A stretch of DNA of 64,000 nucleotides from Saccostrea cucullata (lineage: Eukaryota), in the NCBI RefSeq assembly GCF_032062105.1, contig NW_026927571.1, forward strand, positions 1 through 64,000. Reading direction: 5' to 3'. Shown here one piece after another: positions 1-22,582 of the stretch. The notes beneath the pieces were generated by a model. The model was given only the letters and a program-made list of their open reading frames with translations. It was not told the origin of the DNA and ran no database searches. The stretch's first letter is position 1. Every line of letters starts with the position of its first letter. The translations under genes were made by a program, and so were the position numbers.

Positions 1-1752
1 AAAGGTTATCTTATGTTGTACATTATTACGATGTTATTGAAAGTTGTAAGTAGGTAATAATTTATAATCATGGTATGTGTAGAATTATTTTTCAAATCCT
101 CTCTAAAAAAGAATTGCGACCCTAATTTTTGACAGAGGAAAAAGTGCACAATTTCTCCGAATTCTCTAAATGTACATGTTTCGGAGGTCCGTGTTTGCAC
201 TGCTCTTATTTTGTATATTGTTTAATGGACGTTGAGATTGAATACTGTTCGTTATTTCCATATCCTATTGGAATTTGGAGGATTAGTCAACTTGCTTGTC
301 TTCAAATACAGTATATGTATCCCAAAGTTAAAGAACAATTTTTTGCATTGTTAAAATTTTATTTCCTTTTTAATGTAGTTTTGATAGGGTTATGAATTTG
401 ATGAGTTAATTCCAGGGAAAGGGAGGAGAACTCCATGTAGCCCCAAACTTTGTAATACAGGGTGTACATCTTCTTTGTAAGATAAATAAAAATCAGGGAT
501 TTCCGGCAAAGAGTGATGTTAAAGTGATGAGGTCGCCTATTTAAGCATGACCTCATAAGGAAGACAAAAGAGACATTAAATAATTTTATAATTATTCCAT
601 TATGTTAAAGGATTGGTGAAAAGTCCGAGCGAAATGAAAAGGGGATGGTAGCGCCAATGGGGCAAAATCTTCACCCCCTCCTGCTTGTTAGTGATCTGCG
701 ATGCAGAGACTGGACGCACGTCGTTTACTCTGAGTCGCTTACTATTAGTAAGGAGATCAGAGGTTAGGCACTGTGTTATATAGATACTATAACATTACAT
801 GGAATAATAAAATCATAGGCCTGATAGGGGAGACCACAGGTCACCCAACATAATCCATAAATGTTAAACTCTAATATATCATATATCTTATAATATTGCA
901 GTTAATGTTTTTCAGCAACCCCCCTCCCCCTCTTTGTTTTCTATTACCCATCACAGATGGTCATTCCCGTGACAAAAATAAATTTTCTGGGTTTTTTTTT
1001 ACACTGAAAAGGCTTCATAGTATTACGATTTATTCTATTTTCACTTTACGTATGCAACGCACTACATTTTGTAGCGGAGTAAACAGACCCGATAGACGTG
1101 AACTGCGCGGGGGACCTAAGGTCCTAGTTCAGCGTACGTTTTATCCTTCTGCTGTAGGCTTTGAATACTCAGTATTTTAGACATTATTCCCATTTATTAC
1201 TAAAAACAAGTAATAGTCGGATACGTCCTAATTTATGACCTTGAATTTTGGTAAGAGTTATCTCTCTCTATTTTTGATGAATAAAAATCATTTTAAAAAA
1301 TATGTTTTGAATCGTCTCTCTATTTCTTTTGTTTCATTGGTCTTTCTACCACAGTATTTATTGATATTCATATTATTTGAATTTTTATCTTTAAGAAAAC
1401 GCCTTTCCCCAAAGACTTCAATGCAATCTTTGTTAATGTCTTAATTGATAAATAACTACAATTTCAACTTATGCATGACCATTTCATAGAAAAAATAAAT
1501 TTCGTGCCGATGTTTTATAGGGCAAATAAATTATCATTTTTTCTTTACGTTTTTTGTCTTTCATGTTTTTTAATTTTGTATTTCAAACATAAATTATCCA
1601 ATTTAAGAAGTCAGAAATAAAATATCTTTGTCATTCATTAAAGATTTTTGATTTTAAGTTAAATTTGCATTTACCTCTAATCAGCAAGTTTAAAATTTAC
1701 AACATGTAGTATCTAATAACATAAGGAATAAATCTGCTTTTCGAATTTCAAG

Positions 1753-2975
1753 GAAGAAACCACAGAGAAAACTTTCAGGGGGCTCCTAACGAAACAGCCT
1801 CTGATGTTTTTGGAGAAATTTGGATAATGATAAGATAAAATTCCCGAATCCAACACTTATAGTCACTAAGAAACAACAACTACAAAAATTGCTAGACAAT
1901 TTACAATATAAGGATGTAAATTTCACGAATGGAACATTACCTAAAATTGAAGAAATGGTAAAAACACATTATCTCAAAATTGTGTTGAGTGGAGATTCAG
2001 ATAATAAGGTAAGGATGTACTACAAAGATCAGTCTGAATTTCAAAAATTCGAGGGCCTTTTGAAGACTGAAGTAAGTTCAGGTGTAAGAGAGACAGAAAA
2101 AGATAAGAATCAACAAACAGGAAGGACAATTTAGCGACACCTATTGATTTAAACATATTTTATCGTCTATAAACTTTACAAATGGGACTGAACTAAAGTT
2201 CTAAAAATTTGATACGCCCTTTCCCTACATATAAATTATTTTTAAAACTTTTACAAATATGGATTTCAGCTTAAAATAAATAAACACATATACATGTAAG
2301 AATAATAATCAGAGAAACAATATTCAGTAGAATTCAAGCTGTATATACATGTAATTCGTAAGAAGTAATAATAGCATCTACAAAACGGCATGACTTTTTA
2401 ATAATGTTTGAACAATGGAAAATAAGTATTTATTTCAAACATCGTTTAACGTTTCATCTCCACACAATAAAGTGTGCGTATTTTAAAACTACTATATATA
2501 AACCGTATATAATTTTTCCCATTCGCCAAAATTTGACGATAAAATCTTTGCTAGCTTCTGTATATTGTTTTGCATGAAAAGAAATAATGATGAATATCCT
2601 CCACTTTTCCACAAGGACATAGTGACGAGGAACTCAATGAATATAGTACAACCTTCAACAGACATTCTTCAATGGACGGAAAGTCTTCTACAATGTCAAA
2701 AGACATAGAAGATAAGCCGAATTCCACAACATTTGAGGTCCCTAGCTGCTGAAAGTTTTGAATGCTAAAAGATTTGTCAAAAAAAAACTTCGTTAAAAAC
2801 GTGCGGGAGGCTGACGTAGATATAATTGTCAATGCTCCCAACGACATTTATCACATGGAGCAGGTATAGCTGCAGAAATCGCCAGGAGAGCAGGTCCAGT
2901 TACCAGAAAAAAATGTAGAGACTACATCCAAAAGTATAAGACTCTTTAAGTTTCGGAAGCGTTCGTAGAAGCCTG
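1753..2975 (+). pseudogene. Decayed paralogue of the macro-RING-DTC genes (N-terminal domain exon plus broken macrodomain)
   Basis: ORF 1820-2134 (TLIVTKKQQLQKLLDNL...LKIVLSGDSDNKVRMYYKDQSEFQKFEGLLK) aligns by eye with gene 1 exon 3 (TLLATEKQKLDTLLHNL...LKVVITVNSYGKTVAYYNETSELRRFQSVLK). 2810-2975 reads ADVDIIVNAPN/[frameshift ~2843]/HLSHGAGIAAEIARRAGPVTRKKCRDYIQKYKTL*VSEAFV, a macrodomain with a frameshift and an in-frame TAA at 2947-2949. Confidence 0.75.
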
Positions 2976-4017
2976 TCTTATAAGTAAAAATCTATTGCAA
3001 AAGCTTTGTGTTAACTGAAGTTTGTAATCATTTATATGCAATCACTATAATGAAGAAATTCTAAGTCTGCTTTGGATATGTTTACACAAATGAATGGGGG
3101 TGCCTTTATATTATAGGACGTTTTGAAATAAATTTAAATACAAAACTATTATAGACTATTAAAGTTTGGTTGAAAAACATGACATGCAATACTAGTATTA
3201 ATTCAGTATATAAAGACAAACATAATCATTACAGTTCAAAAGTAAAACCCTTTTCACTTTCATAAATCTTTAAAATTTTGGTGAAGGATTTACATCACTT
3301 GCCTCGATTGTACCTACTGCCCCCTCCCCAATGATTTTTGTTCTGCAACTTCTTCGATTTATTAAGACAAACTAAGATTAATTGTTTTAACTTAGTGTAG
3401 ATCTTGAGACCTTATTCATGCAATTATTATATAGACTTTGCATATCCAGGAGTTGTTACGCAGCTCAGCGGTTCAATTAATTAAGTAATAGCGGGGTAAC
3501 ATGAATTATTTAATGTGCTGTACTATATTTTGTAAATGTGGTATGCAAATTAATGATCATCTGCGCGCTTTAAGTTTTGATAGGGGCGAAACGTGTCTTC
3601 CTTGGAACGCTCTATAGTTTATATTTATAGATTGGCTGATTATCCGATGTAGATCTAACTTTCATTTTAGGTTCCCCGAACTTTAACCGAATCACGAAGA
3701 AGATTTTCAGAAACTCTATGCAGGTGCTTCGGGAATATGTTTAAATTTACAAGTGACTCCTTGCATATAGTTTATTTTCAAAAGTTCAATGAATATAGCC
3801 CGCGACCGATAAAAATATAAATTTTACGTTTCTTTATCGCTTTAACAGTCGTGGGGCTCCATTCAAGGGAATCGTTTGTGATTCTCGGATACCAGGTAGT
3901 ATGATTTTTTTTATGTCAATATTTTTTATCTATTATATATTTCCTTACAAGATATTTTCTCCGTCTGAATTGTTGCTAAAAATGCACCTATTCATTGTGT
4001 ACATTTCATTACCAATA

Positions 4018-4032
4018 CTACTTTCGTTTTCC
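4018..4032 (+). promoter_or_regulatory. ISRE/IRF-E-like element CTACTTTCGTTTTCC upstream of macro-RING-DTC gene 1
   Basis: Reverse complement is GGAAAACGAAAGTAG, close to the IRF-binding consensus (GAAA-type half-sites). The same 13-mer CTACTTTCGTTTT occurs upstream of gene 2. Confidence 0.45.
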
Positions 4033-4791
4033 CTTCCTTTTTCCTATATATAAACATGTATACATTGTATATATCCTGTATGTTAATGATATATTTTCAC
4101 CACAAAGAATTTACGTCTTTAATTGCAAAGATTAATAGTAAATGCAGGTAGGCGAATGTGGGAGGGGACTTAACCCAATGGATTAAATGGTTCTGTTGTA
4201 TTAGGGTCGTTCTATAAAGGTCTAAATTTCGTGATGAGATATCAAAGTAATGTAAAGTAACTCATACTGTAAATACCAATGACCGCATTAATTTGCTCGA
4301 AATTCCTTGCCGAGTTATTTTGACGATTTTGAAATTCTCAAGTCCAGCGAAATTGTTTGATTAGTCCCTCTCAAATCTTACCATGTCATAAGAAGGAATA
4401 AAATTAATAAAATTATGCTCATTTTTATTAGGTTTCATGGAATTTGGACCTAGCTATTTATACCTTAAAATTATTGTTTACGAGCAGATTTCCTTTTGAA
4501 TATGTAAGATGTTATTGTTATAAATTTAAGAATTTTTTGGATTTCAATTTTGACTTTTGCCTCTAAGTTGGTTAGGTTTGGGCATGGTCGTCTATATTTT
4601 GTTTTCAATAATTTATTTAATATTTTATTTTTTCATTTTGGAGATATCCATGGCTCTTTACATATGATTGAAATAAACTTTTTATGCTCTGCGTACTTTT
4701 TATCTATTTAGTAAAAAAAATAACATCATAACCATTTAAAACGCAATTTCATCAATAAATATACATATTATATACTATGTGTGTACAGGTT

Positions 4792-9444
<4,653 letters not shown>

Positions 9445-10034
9445 TAATAAATGGACATATAATTACATACTTTGTAGATAGCTGCCAACTTATTTCAACT
9501 AAATGAAAAGTTTCCTTCCCTCTCCCTTCACCCACTCCCTCTCTTATTACTCTCTTTAAAGTTATTCTACTATACAGCATGAAAAAGGCATTTGACATAA
9601 GAATGTGCAGTTTAAAGCACATTAACTGTTAATTTGAGGAGCCGCTCTATTATTGAAAAGGGTGGTACTTCTAGTAGCAATGTAATATATTATGATTTTC
9701 CCATCGATGTAAATATATACACTTTTTTATATATTCACAAATGGCTAATATGTACAATTGTATTTGATTTGTTGACCTTTTTTTAGTTTTTCTATTAAAC
9801 AAGGCTTAACTTTAGAATTTTCAGTCTTTTAAGGTTACTTCTATTCATCTTTTTAAAAACTGCACTACCGTAATTAATGGCAAGTCAAGTCCAGGACAAT
9901 CCCGCCAAAATTTCTAAATTCTTTTTTCTCATATAGTTCCATGTGTACATAGTATTGATGCACCTGTGTTGTCCGGGGTGAAATGAAAAACGATTTTCTT
10001 TGACGAAAATGTTGGACTAGTCGCCACGATAACT

Positions 10035-10160
10035 CCGACCTTAGATCAGGCGAGACTACGCCCTGAACTTGAGCATTTCACTAAGGACAGGAAAAGAAAC
10101 TAATTAGGATTCCTCTAGCGGGAAGAGCCCTCATCCTGTTTGGAACTGTGGTGTTTGGGA
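10035..10160 (+). pseudogene. Degenerate fragment of the 28S rRNA 5' end
   Basis: CCGACCTTAGATCAGGCGAGACTACGCCCTGAACTTGAGCATTTCACTAAGGACAGGAAAAGAAACTAATTAGGATTCCTCTAG/CGGGAAGAGCCC follows the conserved 28S start (GACCTCAGATCA...GCTGAATTTAAGCATAT...GGAAAAGAAACTAAC..GGATTCC) with substitutions and an internal deletion. It is isolated, with no other rDNA nearby. Confidence 0.8.
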
Positions 10161-12169
10161 AGATAACGACCAGTGATCGATCTCGTAGAGCCTGTAAGCA
10201 ATACTAATCAAAAGCCTAGACCACGGATCTATGGAAATAACAGAGGTTGAAATCGCCCCTATCGGCCAGCTACCCATCGTGAGCCTTCTCTACTAGGTTG
10301 ATTGATTGATTGGTTTTTATTCTTTATGCCGAGTGGGTAATATTTCAACTATGTTCTCTGTTAGGTAAACGGTGTATTTACGTGGTTTAGGATTTGTGAA
10401 CAATTAGTTAACAATTAAAAGTATATAATGAGTCTGTCAAAATACAGCCTAGACGTAGACTGTATCTACAGATTAGTTCATTATATAGACCGCACAATTT
10501 TTTTAATCTGATATTTAAGGTGGTCCGTTCCTCAGAATCTGAACATTTGCAAATTATATAGCTCCTCGCAGCTTTTTAATCTCTTAATCCTTTTACAATG
10601 CGAATTGTGTAACTGGGCAACAAAATATATCTTTAAAATGATTTATAGCTTTATTACATAATTTTCAGAAATTAATTGGTAGGATTTTGATATGCACTTA
10701 GCTGATAGATTATGATAGATTCCAAATAGTTTTTCATGGTTTGTCGTCAAATGCAGCTGTCTTTGTATATGTTATTTTGCAAGTAGGTTTTTACCTTGTC
10801 TAGACACAGAAACAGTGCGTCTTATGTAATATCTGTATTTACTATACATTAACTTGACGCTAAAACGCAAGATGACAACAGTAGTTCTCATCTGTTTGAC
10901 TGCTTTCCATGTTAAAAAGCTGGCATTTTTCGGTGTTACTTTCTGAAATCTAGCATCATGAAAGTATCTTGAAATTTGAAAGTTTCACACCATAAATGTA
11001 AATTAATTTTCTTTTAATAGTAAAAAAAATCTACTATTTAAGGGATAAACATTGCTTTATTATCCTCTTTTGGCGTGATTCCCTTAGGCAGAATTGTCAT
11101 TTTTCGTGCCTTATTTCGACAAAACCTAGACAAGTATGGTAAAAGTGCAACGTACTTATAAAAATACTCTTCTTTAAGAAGTTATTTTGAAAATGTCAGC
11201 TAAAAAATGTCAAAGAAAGGCTTATCAATTTGATTTGCGAATACGTTGGTAGAATCATACAGATGTAACATCATACGATTTGTCAATAAAGTAAAGTCCC
11301 TTTTGAAACATCCACTTTTAAAACTTGAGATACTGATTTTAAAGGATATGTGCCTTTGCCATGAGATATTTAATACATATTAGGGCAATGTCTCGTACTA
11401 AGTTCGATAATGTTTTATTGCAAGAAGAATGTGACCTCAATTTGTCCGAAAAATCATGTGAGCTTAAAAAGAACGTGTAAAAAGTGCGGGGAGCTGTAAG
11501 TAATTAATTGAATATGCTCAAATAAATGTGTAAATGTGTATTTTTCTAAATGGCAACTTACATTTTGAGTTTTTATAAATATTATTTCCCATCTTACAAA
11601 GGGAAAATCATTAAGTCTCTAAGATCTTTGATTGATCTCATAAATCCTAAATAAATGTAAACATTGCAATCATAAACCTATTCAAATACATAACACTGCT
11701 AACTGAGTTATATAAATTCCCTTTTAACAACAACAAAAAAATAATTCCTATATTTATTAGATACATTTTTGAAAGCGATGTTGTACTTTGAATTCTTAGT
11801 TTTCTATAGTTCGTTCGGACAAGTCGGAGATTCTACGAAAAGTAAGGTGAAATATATTTCAAGAGCAAACAATGTTCAGCTGGGCATTAACAAAATTCTA
11901 AACACTTCTCTTTAACTACCAATTGATACTATCTGTATAAGAAACCACTTTATTTTACTTAATTAATTCTTAAGTTCTTTTAAATGGATGGAAGGACTTG
12001 TTAACATATGTTTAACCTATATTTTTGCTGTTAATGACTGTGACTTAGCATCGTTTTTGAAAGAGAGCGGGGCATTCCGAGGAAAAATTTTCAACTAACC
12101 CTAATTCCTTGACAAGCAAAAAATATAGAAAATGTCCAAACTCGACCGTTCTATTTTGTGTGTTTGTGT

Positions 12170-12200
<31 letters not shown>

Positions 12201-12803
12201 GGTAGGTAGGTTCCAACTTCTTTTAGCACCAAATATTTTTTAATAAAACACTGCATCAACCTTATATTACCCTTATTTGACAATACTGGAACCAAAAGTG
12301 GGGGACCGGACTTTCAATGATTATGAACATTTCCTATAGAAAAACTTCAGTCTGGAAATAAACAGGATCAAGTCCCCCCGCCCTCGATGTTACGTGCATG
12401 CCTGAATGATCGAATGTAAATCCCCTAAATAATTTTCTTTTATCAAGTACAGTAATGTAGATTTTGTATCAAACGCTTATAATTCTTGCTGTTTATTTTA
12501 TACACACATAGTTTTATCCTATATTTTCATTATGTTTTAATATTTACCTGATGCTATCATAATATCTGTACAAACAACGATAAATCATTGTAGCGTGTAA
12601 CCACATGACCTCTCGAATAAGTCAGACATTCATGTGAATAAACAAAGCCTGAGGATAAACGATTGGGTGGGTTCTATAATATGTTATGTTTTCTTCTTCC
12701 TTAAATAAGTGAAAACATTTATAACTGGTTAGTTAGTGAAATCTTGTGCACGAGAAAGTTCATGAAATCTTGTGCATGAGAAAAGATAATAGGATCTATG
12801 CGT

Positions 12804-12816
12804 CTACTTTCGTTTT
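12804..12816 (+). promoter_or_regulatory. ISRE/IRF-E-like element CTACTTTCGTTTT ~50 bp before the gene 2 ATG
   Basis: Identical to 4018-4030. Further AGTGAAA half-sites lie at ~12708 and ~12735. Confidence 0.5.
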
Positions 12817-12863
12817 AATTTCCTCGAATGTTATAGATTTTTGCAATCGTATAGCGGTAAAAG

Positions 12864-16206
<3,343 letters not shown>

Positions 16207-17567
16207 AAACTGAGCCTTTTCCTAAAATGACAATAAAGATGCTGTTCTTTAGGCCATCGGTACAATTTCGTTTGTTTGCCCTTTGGATTTCTGGCGAAAA
16301 TTAGACCAACTCAAAACTTTTTTTAACCTGCAGGAAACAATTTTTTCTCTCTCCAAAATATTTGCAACCAGACAACATCTATTTTGGGGTTTATTAATAA
16401 ACACCACCACCCACCGCTTTTAAAATAGATGTTGAGCATTCAGCATTTATGTTGAAAATCCATAAGAAGAAAAATTGTCCGTTACCCATTTTTTTCATCC
16501 TGAGACTTGAGAGGGCAAACAAACAATATTTTATTGAAGATGACTTTACATGTACATTTCTCCCTAACAATATACTCCTACAATTTTGCTTCTTAATTAT
16601 TCCACAATACTCTTTTCTAGAAAATCACATGGGTTTTCTTCGGTGTTTCATGCAAAGACGCCGGTATTATACTAATATTTTAACTAGTCTTCTTGAGATA
16701 TCAATGCCATTTTCGTTTTGTAAAATCATTCTCCATGCAATGCTCTATTCAATAAATCTGTATTTTAATATGGTCTATAAAAATACAAGAAAGGTAGATT
16801 TTCCAGAAAATCTGAGTGTAAACCGAAGTCAATGTACCCTCCATATCCGTATTTAAAAAAAACGTTTCTATGCTGTAATTTTTGTACACACACACAGAAA
16901 CTAAAAACAAGTCAGGTACTTTAATAAAATCGTAGCATACAAGTAAACTTTTTAAAAGTAACGGTTTTTCATTAACTTGACCTTACTACAATGAACATTT
17001 TCTTAATCTATTTTGAATATTGCTATCCTGTTCGTATGAATTAATTCATAGAAATGTAATGGATTGAAATGAATACTTTTATATTTAATTAATAAATAGA
17101 CGTTGACATTTAATCATGAATCACGCGAGTTTACAAATACAGCTGAAGCTGTAACACATATATTGGTCATATCATATCTTCAGACTTAAATACATAATTA
17201 AATATGGCTGCCAGGAAAAAATGCCCTAAGAAAGGTCTTGTCACGAGGAATACACCTGTGAATGTGAAAGCTATAGCCCCACTCACTCAAAAGTTATTGT
17301 CAAGGTTGAAATTTTTGCGGACAGACAAACAGATAAGCAGACAGTTGGACAAGACAAAATCTGTATACCCTTCAAAATTTCGATTACGGAGCATAGAAAT
17401 ATTACTTTTCCATGAACTATGATATTAAGAAATATATTGTTGTCTCATAAAGGGGTATTATCCGCGCCTTGCAATATGTCGGCTCAATTTAAGAATGGTA
17501 AAATTGTTTCTACTCGGCCATTTCAAATATACTTTATGATTTAAAAATCTGTGTTTCTCTTTCTTTA

Positions 17568-20500
17568 TCAATCATAAATCGGTGAAAGTATGATAGAATT
17601 AACCATGTATATGGATCTTTGGTCTAAATCAGACAGGTGAATTTAAAATAGGTGAGCCATCCAGAATCCACTTCACTATCTTTTTATTCGATATTATGAT
17701 AAGTGACAGTATACGGCTATTGAACTTCTCCTATACGTTATATTCAGCACGACAGTTCATATTAAACTAAGTCTTTGTCCTATCTTTTCGTGAAATTGCA
17801 TAATTTTAAAAATTTCAAAGTCATACTTTTCTTAAAAAGGAAATGGAATAATTTACTATCTAGAGTGGAATTGATACACGGAAAAATCCTGGAGTGAAGT
17901 ACACATGTAATAGATTCAGCAATGCACATCACTAAAAAAATCTACTACTTTTTATTTTGACGTACCTGTAAGCAGCCATTTATTCCGGTATAACATTTTT
18001 GTATGTGTTTCAGTAGATACATTGTAGATTAGAATAGAAAAGAAAATACATTGTAATACGAAATCAACACCATACCTGGTAAATTCAAAATTTATAACAT
18101 GACATAGCAATTAATTTCACTGTAATTTAAATACATATTGGTCGCTTTTAGCATTTTTTATGACCCTATACAGATTAAAATAGACCAGTTCGACTAGTCT
18201 TTCCAAATATGAAAAATATATTTTATATGAACATGAATAGAACATTTACGTCAATAAATAATTACAGATTGTTCAAGATAATGAATTAGGTACTGACTAA
18301 ATGATAATGAAACATACAGATAAGCTGTCAAAACAACTGGCTATATTTTTCTAAAACTTAAAACTACACTGTATATGCAGTTTTACTTCATATATTCAAA
18401 AGCCTGACATATTTTTTGTTATAAATTCGCACATGAAAACATAAAACATCAGAAGAGTAAATACCAGGCTTTGGGTAATGCTAATTGTAATGGAAATGTA
18501 TTGTAATGCATTACATGAACTCAAAGTAATGCTAGTAATGTGTAATGCCCAAAAATTTGCATTACATGTAATGGTAATGTAATGCATTAGTTCATAAAAT
18601 CCAGTGTAATGCTGGCATTACATAGCATTACAAAGCTTTATCTTGTATGTACCTATTTTAAGAAATTAAAATGGACATGGATGATGGAACTTATTGTTTA
18701 GGTTATTTTTTTATTTATTTTTTTTTATTTATTTACAAATAATAAAATTGAATAAAAAAATTAACATATTAAACAAAACTTCTGTATCTATTTATAAATA
18801 CACTTTTTTTTCTGTTGAAAGCACACTTACCTTACATTTAAGTTTTCAAACTTAGTTAAAGTAAAAAATGATTCCAAAGAATTATAAGATATACTTTTAA
18901 AAGATCTTTTCTGAAAAAAAATCACATATGATATACACTAATTTATCTACACCTTAAACTGATAATTACCTCCCTTTGAATAGCTAGAATGTCATCAAAA
19001 CACACTATCCTCCAATTAACATACAACCAATCAATCATAAATCGGTGAAAGAATGATACAATTCAACTTGGATATGGATCTTTGGTCTAAAACAGACATG
19101 CGAATTTAAAATTAGTATGCCATCAAGAACACGGTTTACTATTTTTTTCTTGTATTTTTTTTACTGTGATAAATAATTGTATAAGGTTAATGAACTTATA
19201 GAAAACTTTCAACACGACATTTCAGGTAAAAATTTACTCTTTGTCCTACATTGTCACGAAGTTGCATAATTTATATACATCATTTCCAACATTTCAAGGT
19301 AAGGAAATGGAATAATTTACAATGTAGATTGGAAAAAAATAAAAAGAAAGCCCTGGAGTAAAGTACGTATGGGACAGATTCAGCTATGTGCATTACTAAA
19401 AAACAGTCATATATTTAAACAATAAATTGCTTTCCTTGCTTGTTAGTAAGGTAGTTACTATCGCAGCTGTTGCAAAAAAGAAAAAAAAAACGCGCTTATT
19501 TTTTTTCTGGCAATGGTTGCGACGTTAAGGTCAAGATCTAGTAAATGAAAGGTGCGTACAGATTTATCAAACTTGAGAAATAAATTCTTTTATTGATGCT
19601 TTACAACTTTTGCTTGGTCAAATAAGGTGTTTCGGGGCATAATGTATAGGTAAACAAGATGAAAAACTGTATTTTTATACTGTAATTTTCAATGAAAAAT
19701 TAAGAAAACAAGTCAGGAATATAGGAGTTTTTTTCGTATTCGGCGAAGGAAATGTATCCAGATTGCCTACAGTCTCTCAGAAAACGGTAATTAGTTTGTC
19801 CATAGCCTCTTCTTTAAATCAATATCAAATTTAATATAGGTATCCGGTTTACTTTTCATATGATTTCAAATTGAATGACATGAAAATACCCTATTTTCTA
19901 CATAATTCTGCTATAGCCGTAAAGTACGGGAAAAAAAGTTGAAATTGATTATGACGTCATAATGGAGCTACCACCCAAAAAATTAGTCTCAAGTTATTTA
20001 CTAGATCTTGACCTTAATTTCCATTCTAAAAAACAAAGAAAGACACTTTATTGTTTATATTTACATTTGTATGAAAAAAAAACATTCAAAGTAAAAAAAA
20101 TATTATATTATAAACGTTTATGTCATTGTATGCATAACTGTTGGAACAGCCATTGTTCAAATAATCTTTGCATGTCGTTTATGGACTTATTAACGGCAAT
20201 GGTCTTCAAAGGCAATAAAGCTAATAATATTCATTGTATGTAAATATTCCGGTATACATATTGTAGATGAAGAGTCTAGAAAGTAGAAATTAAGTTGTCC
20301 ATTTGCAGTTACGCAGCATCGTTTTTGACAGTGGGGGTCCAGCCAGAGAATTTTTTTACTAACCTGAAAAAGTTGACCAGCCAAGAAAGGGATTATCGCC
20401 CTAGATCAAAAATTCTAGTTTGGAGGGGGTAGGGAAGAGGCCAACTTTTTTTAAAATAAAAACTTCTCTCAGTACCAAATTTTTTGCATACTATTCTACA

Positions 20501-20755
20501 TTGTAGGTGTTCCCCACACCATCCCCTGCTGATACGTAACAGTTACTGCATTTGCATTTATCATACCGTGGAATCTGCTTAGTTGAGAATGTAGAGGATA
20601 TTAATATTTTATCTGCATAAATGCTTATGAATCAAACAGATAAACTGTCAAAGCAAATGATTACATTTTTTTCTGAAGCCTTTAACTACAGTTTTACTTT
20701 ACATTATGGATGAAAATCTGACATATTTTGTTATGAATTCGAACATGAAAACTGA
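17568..20755. repeat. Old local segmental duplication (17568-17940 vs 19030-19402; 18316-18441 vs 20636-20752)
   Basis: Shared blocks such as ATCAATCATAAATCGGTGAAAG...ATATGGATCTTTGGTCTAAA, AAGGAAATGGAATAATTTAC, CCTGGAGT, ACAGATAA.CTGTCAAA and CTGACATATTTT occur in the same order in both copies. Confidence 0.75.
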
Positions 20756-20759
20756 TTTA

Positions 20760-20868
20760 ATACGGGTAGATATATATAGGGAGTATATACGGGTAGATAT
20801 ATATAGGGAGTATATACGGGTAGATATATATAGGGAGTATATACGGGTAGATATATATAGGGAGTATA
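20760..20868. repeat. 27-bp tandem repeat x4 (ATACGGGTAGATATATATAGGGAGTAT)
   Basis: Four perfect head-to-tail copies with no spacers. Confidence 0.95.
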
Positions 20869-22582
20869 GAGTATTTCTGTATATCACACTGTATATGTGA
20901 TATACACATGTATATAATAATGTAGTTGTACACTAATTAATCTATACTGTAGGGGCGACGTAAAATGTTAATTCAAATGGGAATAATGAAATATAAACTG
21001 AAAACAATACTCCAACAACCCTCTATTCCACTCCACAATGAACTTGCCCAAGCCAACATTCACAGGAAACTATGATAATGATTCTTTTTTTAGAGAAGCC
21101 GTTTCAGGTCACCTATATAAAAGACTAGGATAATCAGAAAAAAAATTTGGGGTGGTGTAGTGGGAAAACATTCTAGATCGGTGAGTATCTAAATACACAA
21201 GTAACAAAAAACGATGATCAATTAACGTATTTCAATGACATATTTTTACTGGTAACTTGTTATAACATATGGGTTGGAACTACTTTTCACTTTAAAAAAA
21301 TACTTTTTAAGGTTTCGTCCAAGGTCAACTTGTCCAAAAACTAGGTGAGGTATAAAATTGAATTTTTTACAGTTTATAAATATGTTGATTAACAGAAAGA
21401 AAGTATCACATGAAAACAAATATTTTTTGTTTTAAATTTTGAGAAAAAAAGGTGTCAAAAAATGTATGAATCGAAAAAAAAATGCACCTGCATGATTTTG
21501 TCCTTTTTGGTGAAACCAATCATTGCAGAAATAATGTATGTTTATCAATGAAGGGCAAGTTGGACGGGAATGGTCTCTGAGAAGCTCATATTGAAAGCAT
21601 GACATGTCTAAAGACATGATCCCTATAATATTCGCCATTTGCATTGTACCTTCGGTTTCAAGTCTTAATATTTGGACAAAATAAACACAGAAAACAACTT
21701 ACCAGAGGCTATCGAAGTCCAATTAAGATTGATGAACATCTATTTTTTCTGCAATGATTGTTTTCAGTAAAGTCAAGTCATTAATTAGGTGTATTTATTA
21801 AAGATATATGCATTTTTTATAAAGAATTTTTCTTACAAATTTTTTTTCTAAGCATTTGTTATCAAGTGATACTTTTCTATCTGTTAATCAATAATATATT
21901 TATAAACTGTTTTATATTTATGATTTAAACCACATACTTTTGGAGTTATATTGTAAAAATAAATTTTTGGACATGTTGACCTTTGACAAAACCTTAAGGA
22001 CTTCGCCAGCTCAGGTAATGTACAGAATAACGGGAGTTGCGATCAAAGTACTATATACAGGGGCATTTTCGCCCCTTTCGTCCTATGAAATTTAGGCGAA
22101 TTTAAAACGGGGCGAATTCAAAGAATACAATATAATTTCTTAAACAAAACGATGATATGGCGAATTTAAAAAGGGGCAAATTTGTTTGCAAATGTGAATG
22201 AACGAAAACAACATGAGGCGAAAATACCCTGTACAGATTTTTCTATTGGCATTTAGTACTAGTAAACTCTGATTTAAGTGGGTGTAATTTTCAATCTCTA
22301 TTCTAAAATCTTTAAAAAACTTTATTCAAGGGATTTTATTTATATATGTTTGGGCATTTAGTTGCGGATTGATAAGCAATTGTACAGATTGCAGGAATAA
22401 ATATTGGTGGTTTTTGAAGGAAACACTTCGCATTCTTTGATAATTTGATAATTATTCGTTACACAGCAATGAAAAGCATGCATAGACCGTTAGAAAAAGT
22501 CCAGTATCTATATCCTAAAAGCATCACAACTTCCTTCATTACAGATATACATGTATGCAGTCAGATTGGTTTAGGGACAGGC

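Noticed and set aside
20760-20868. CRISPR-like repeat or RVDIYREYI peptide repeat
   Set aside because: Head-to-tail minisatellite with no spacers, in eukaryotic context, with no splice support.
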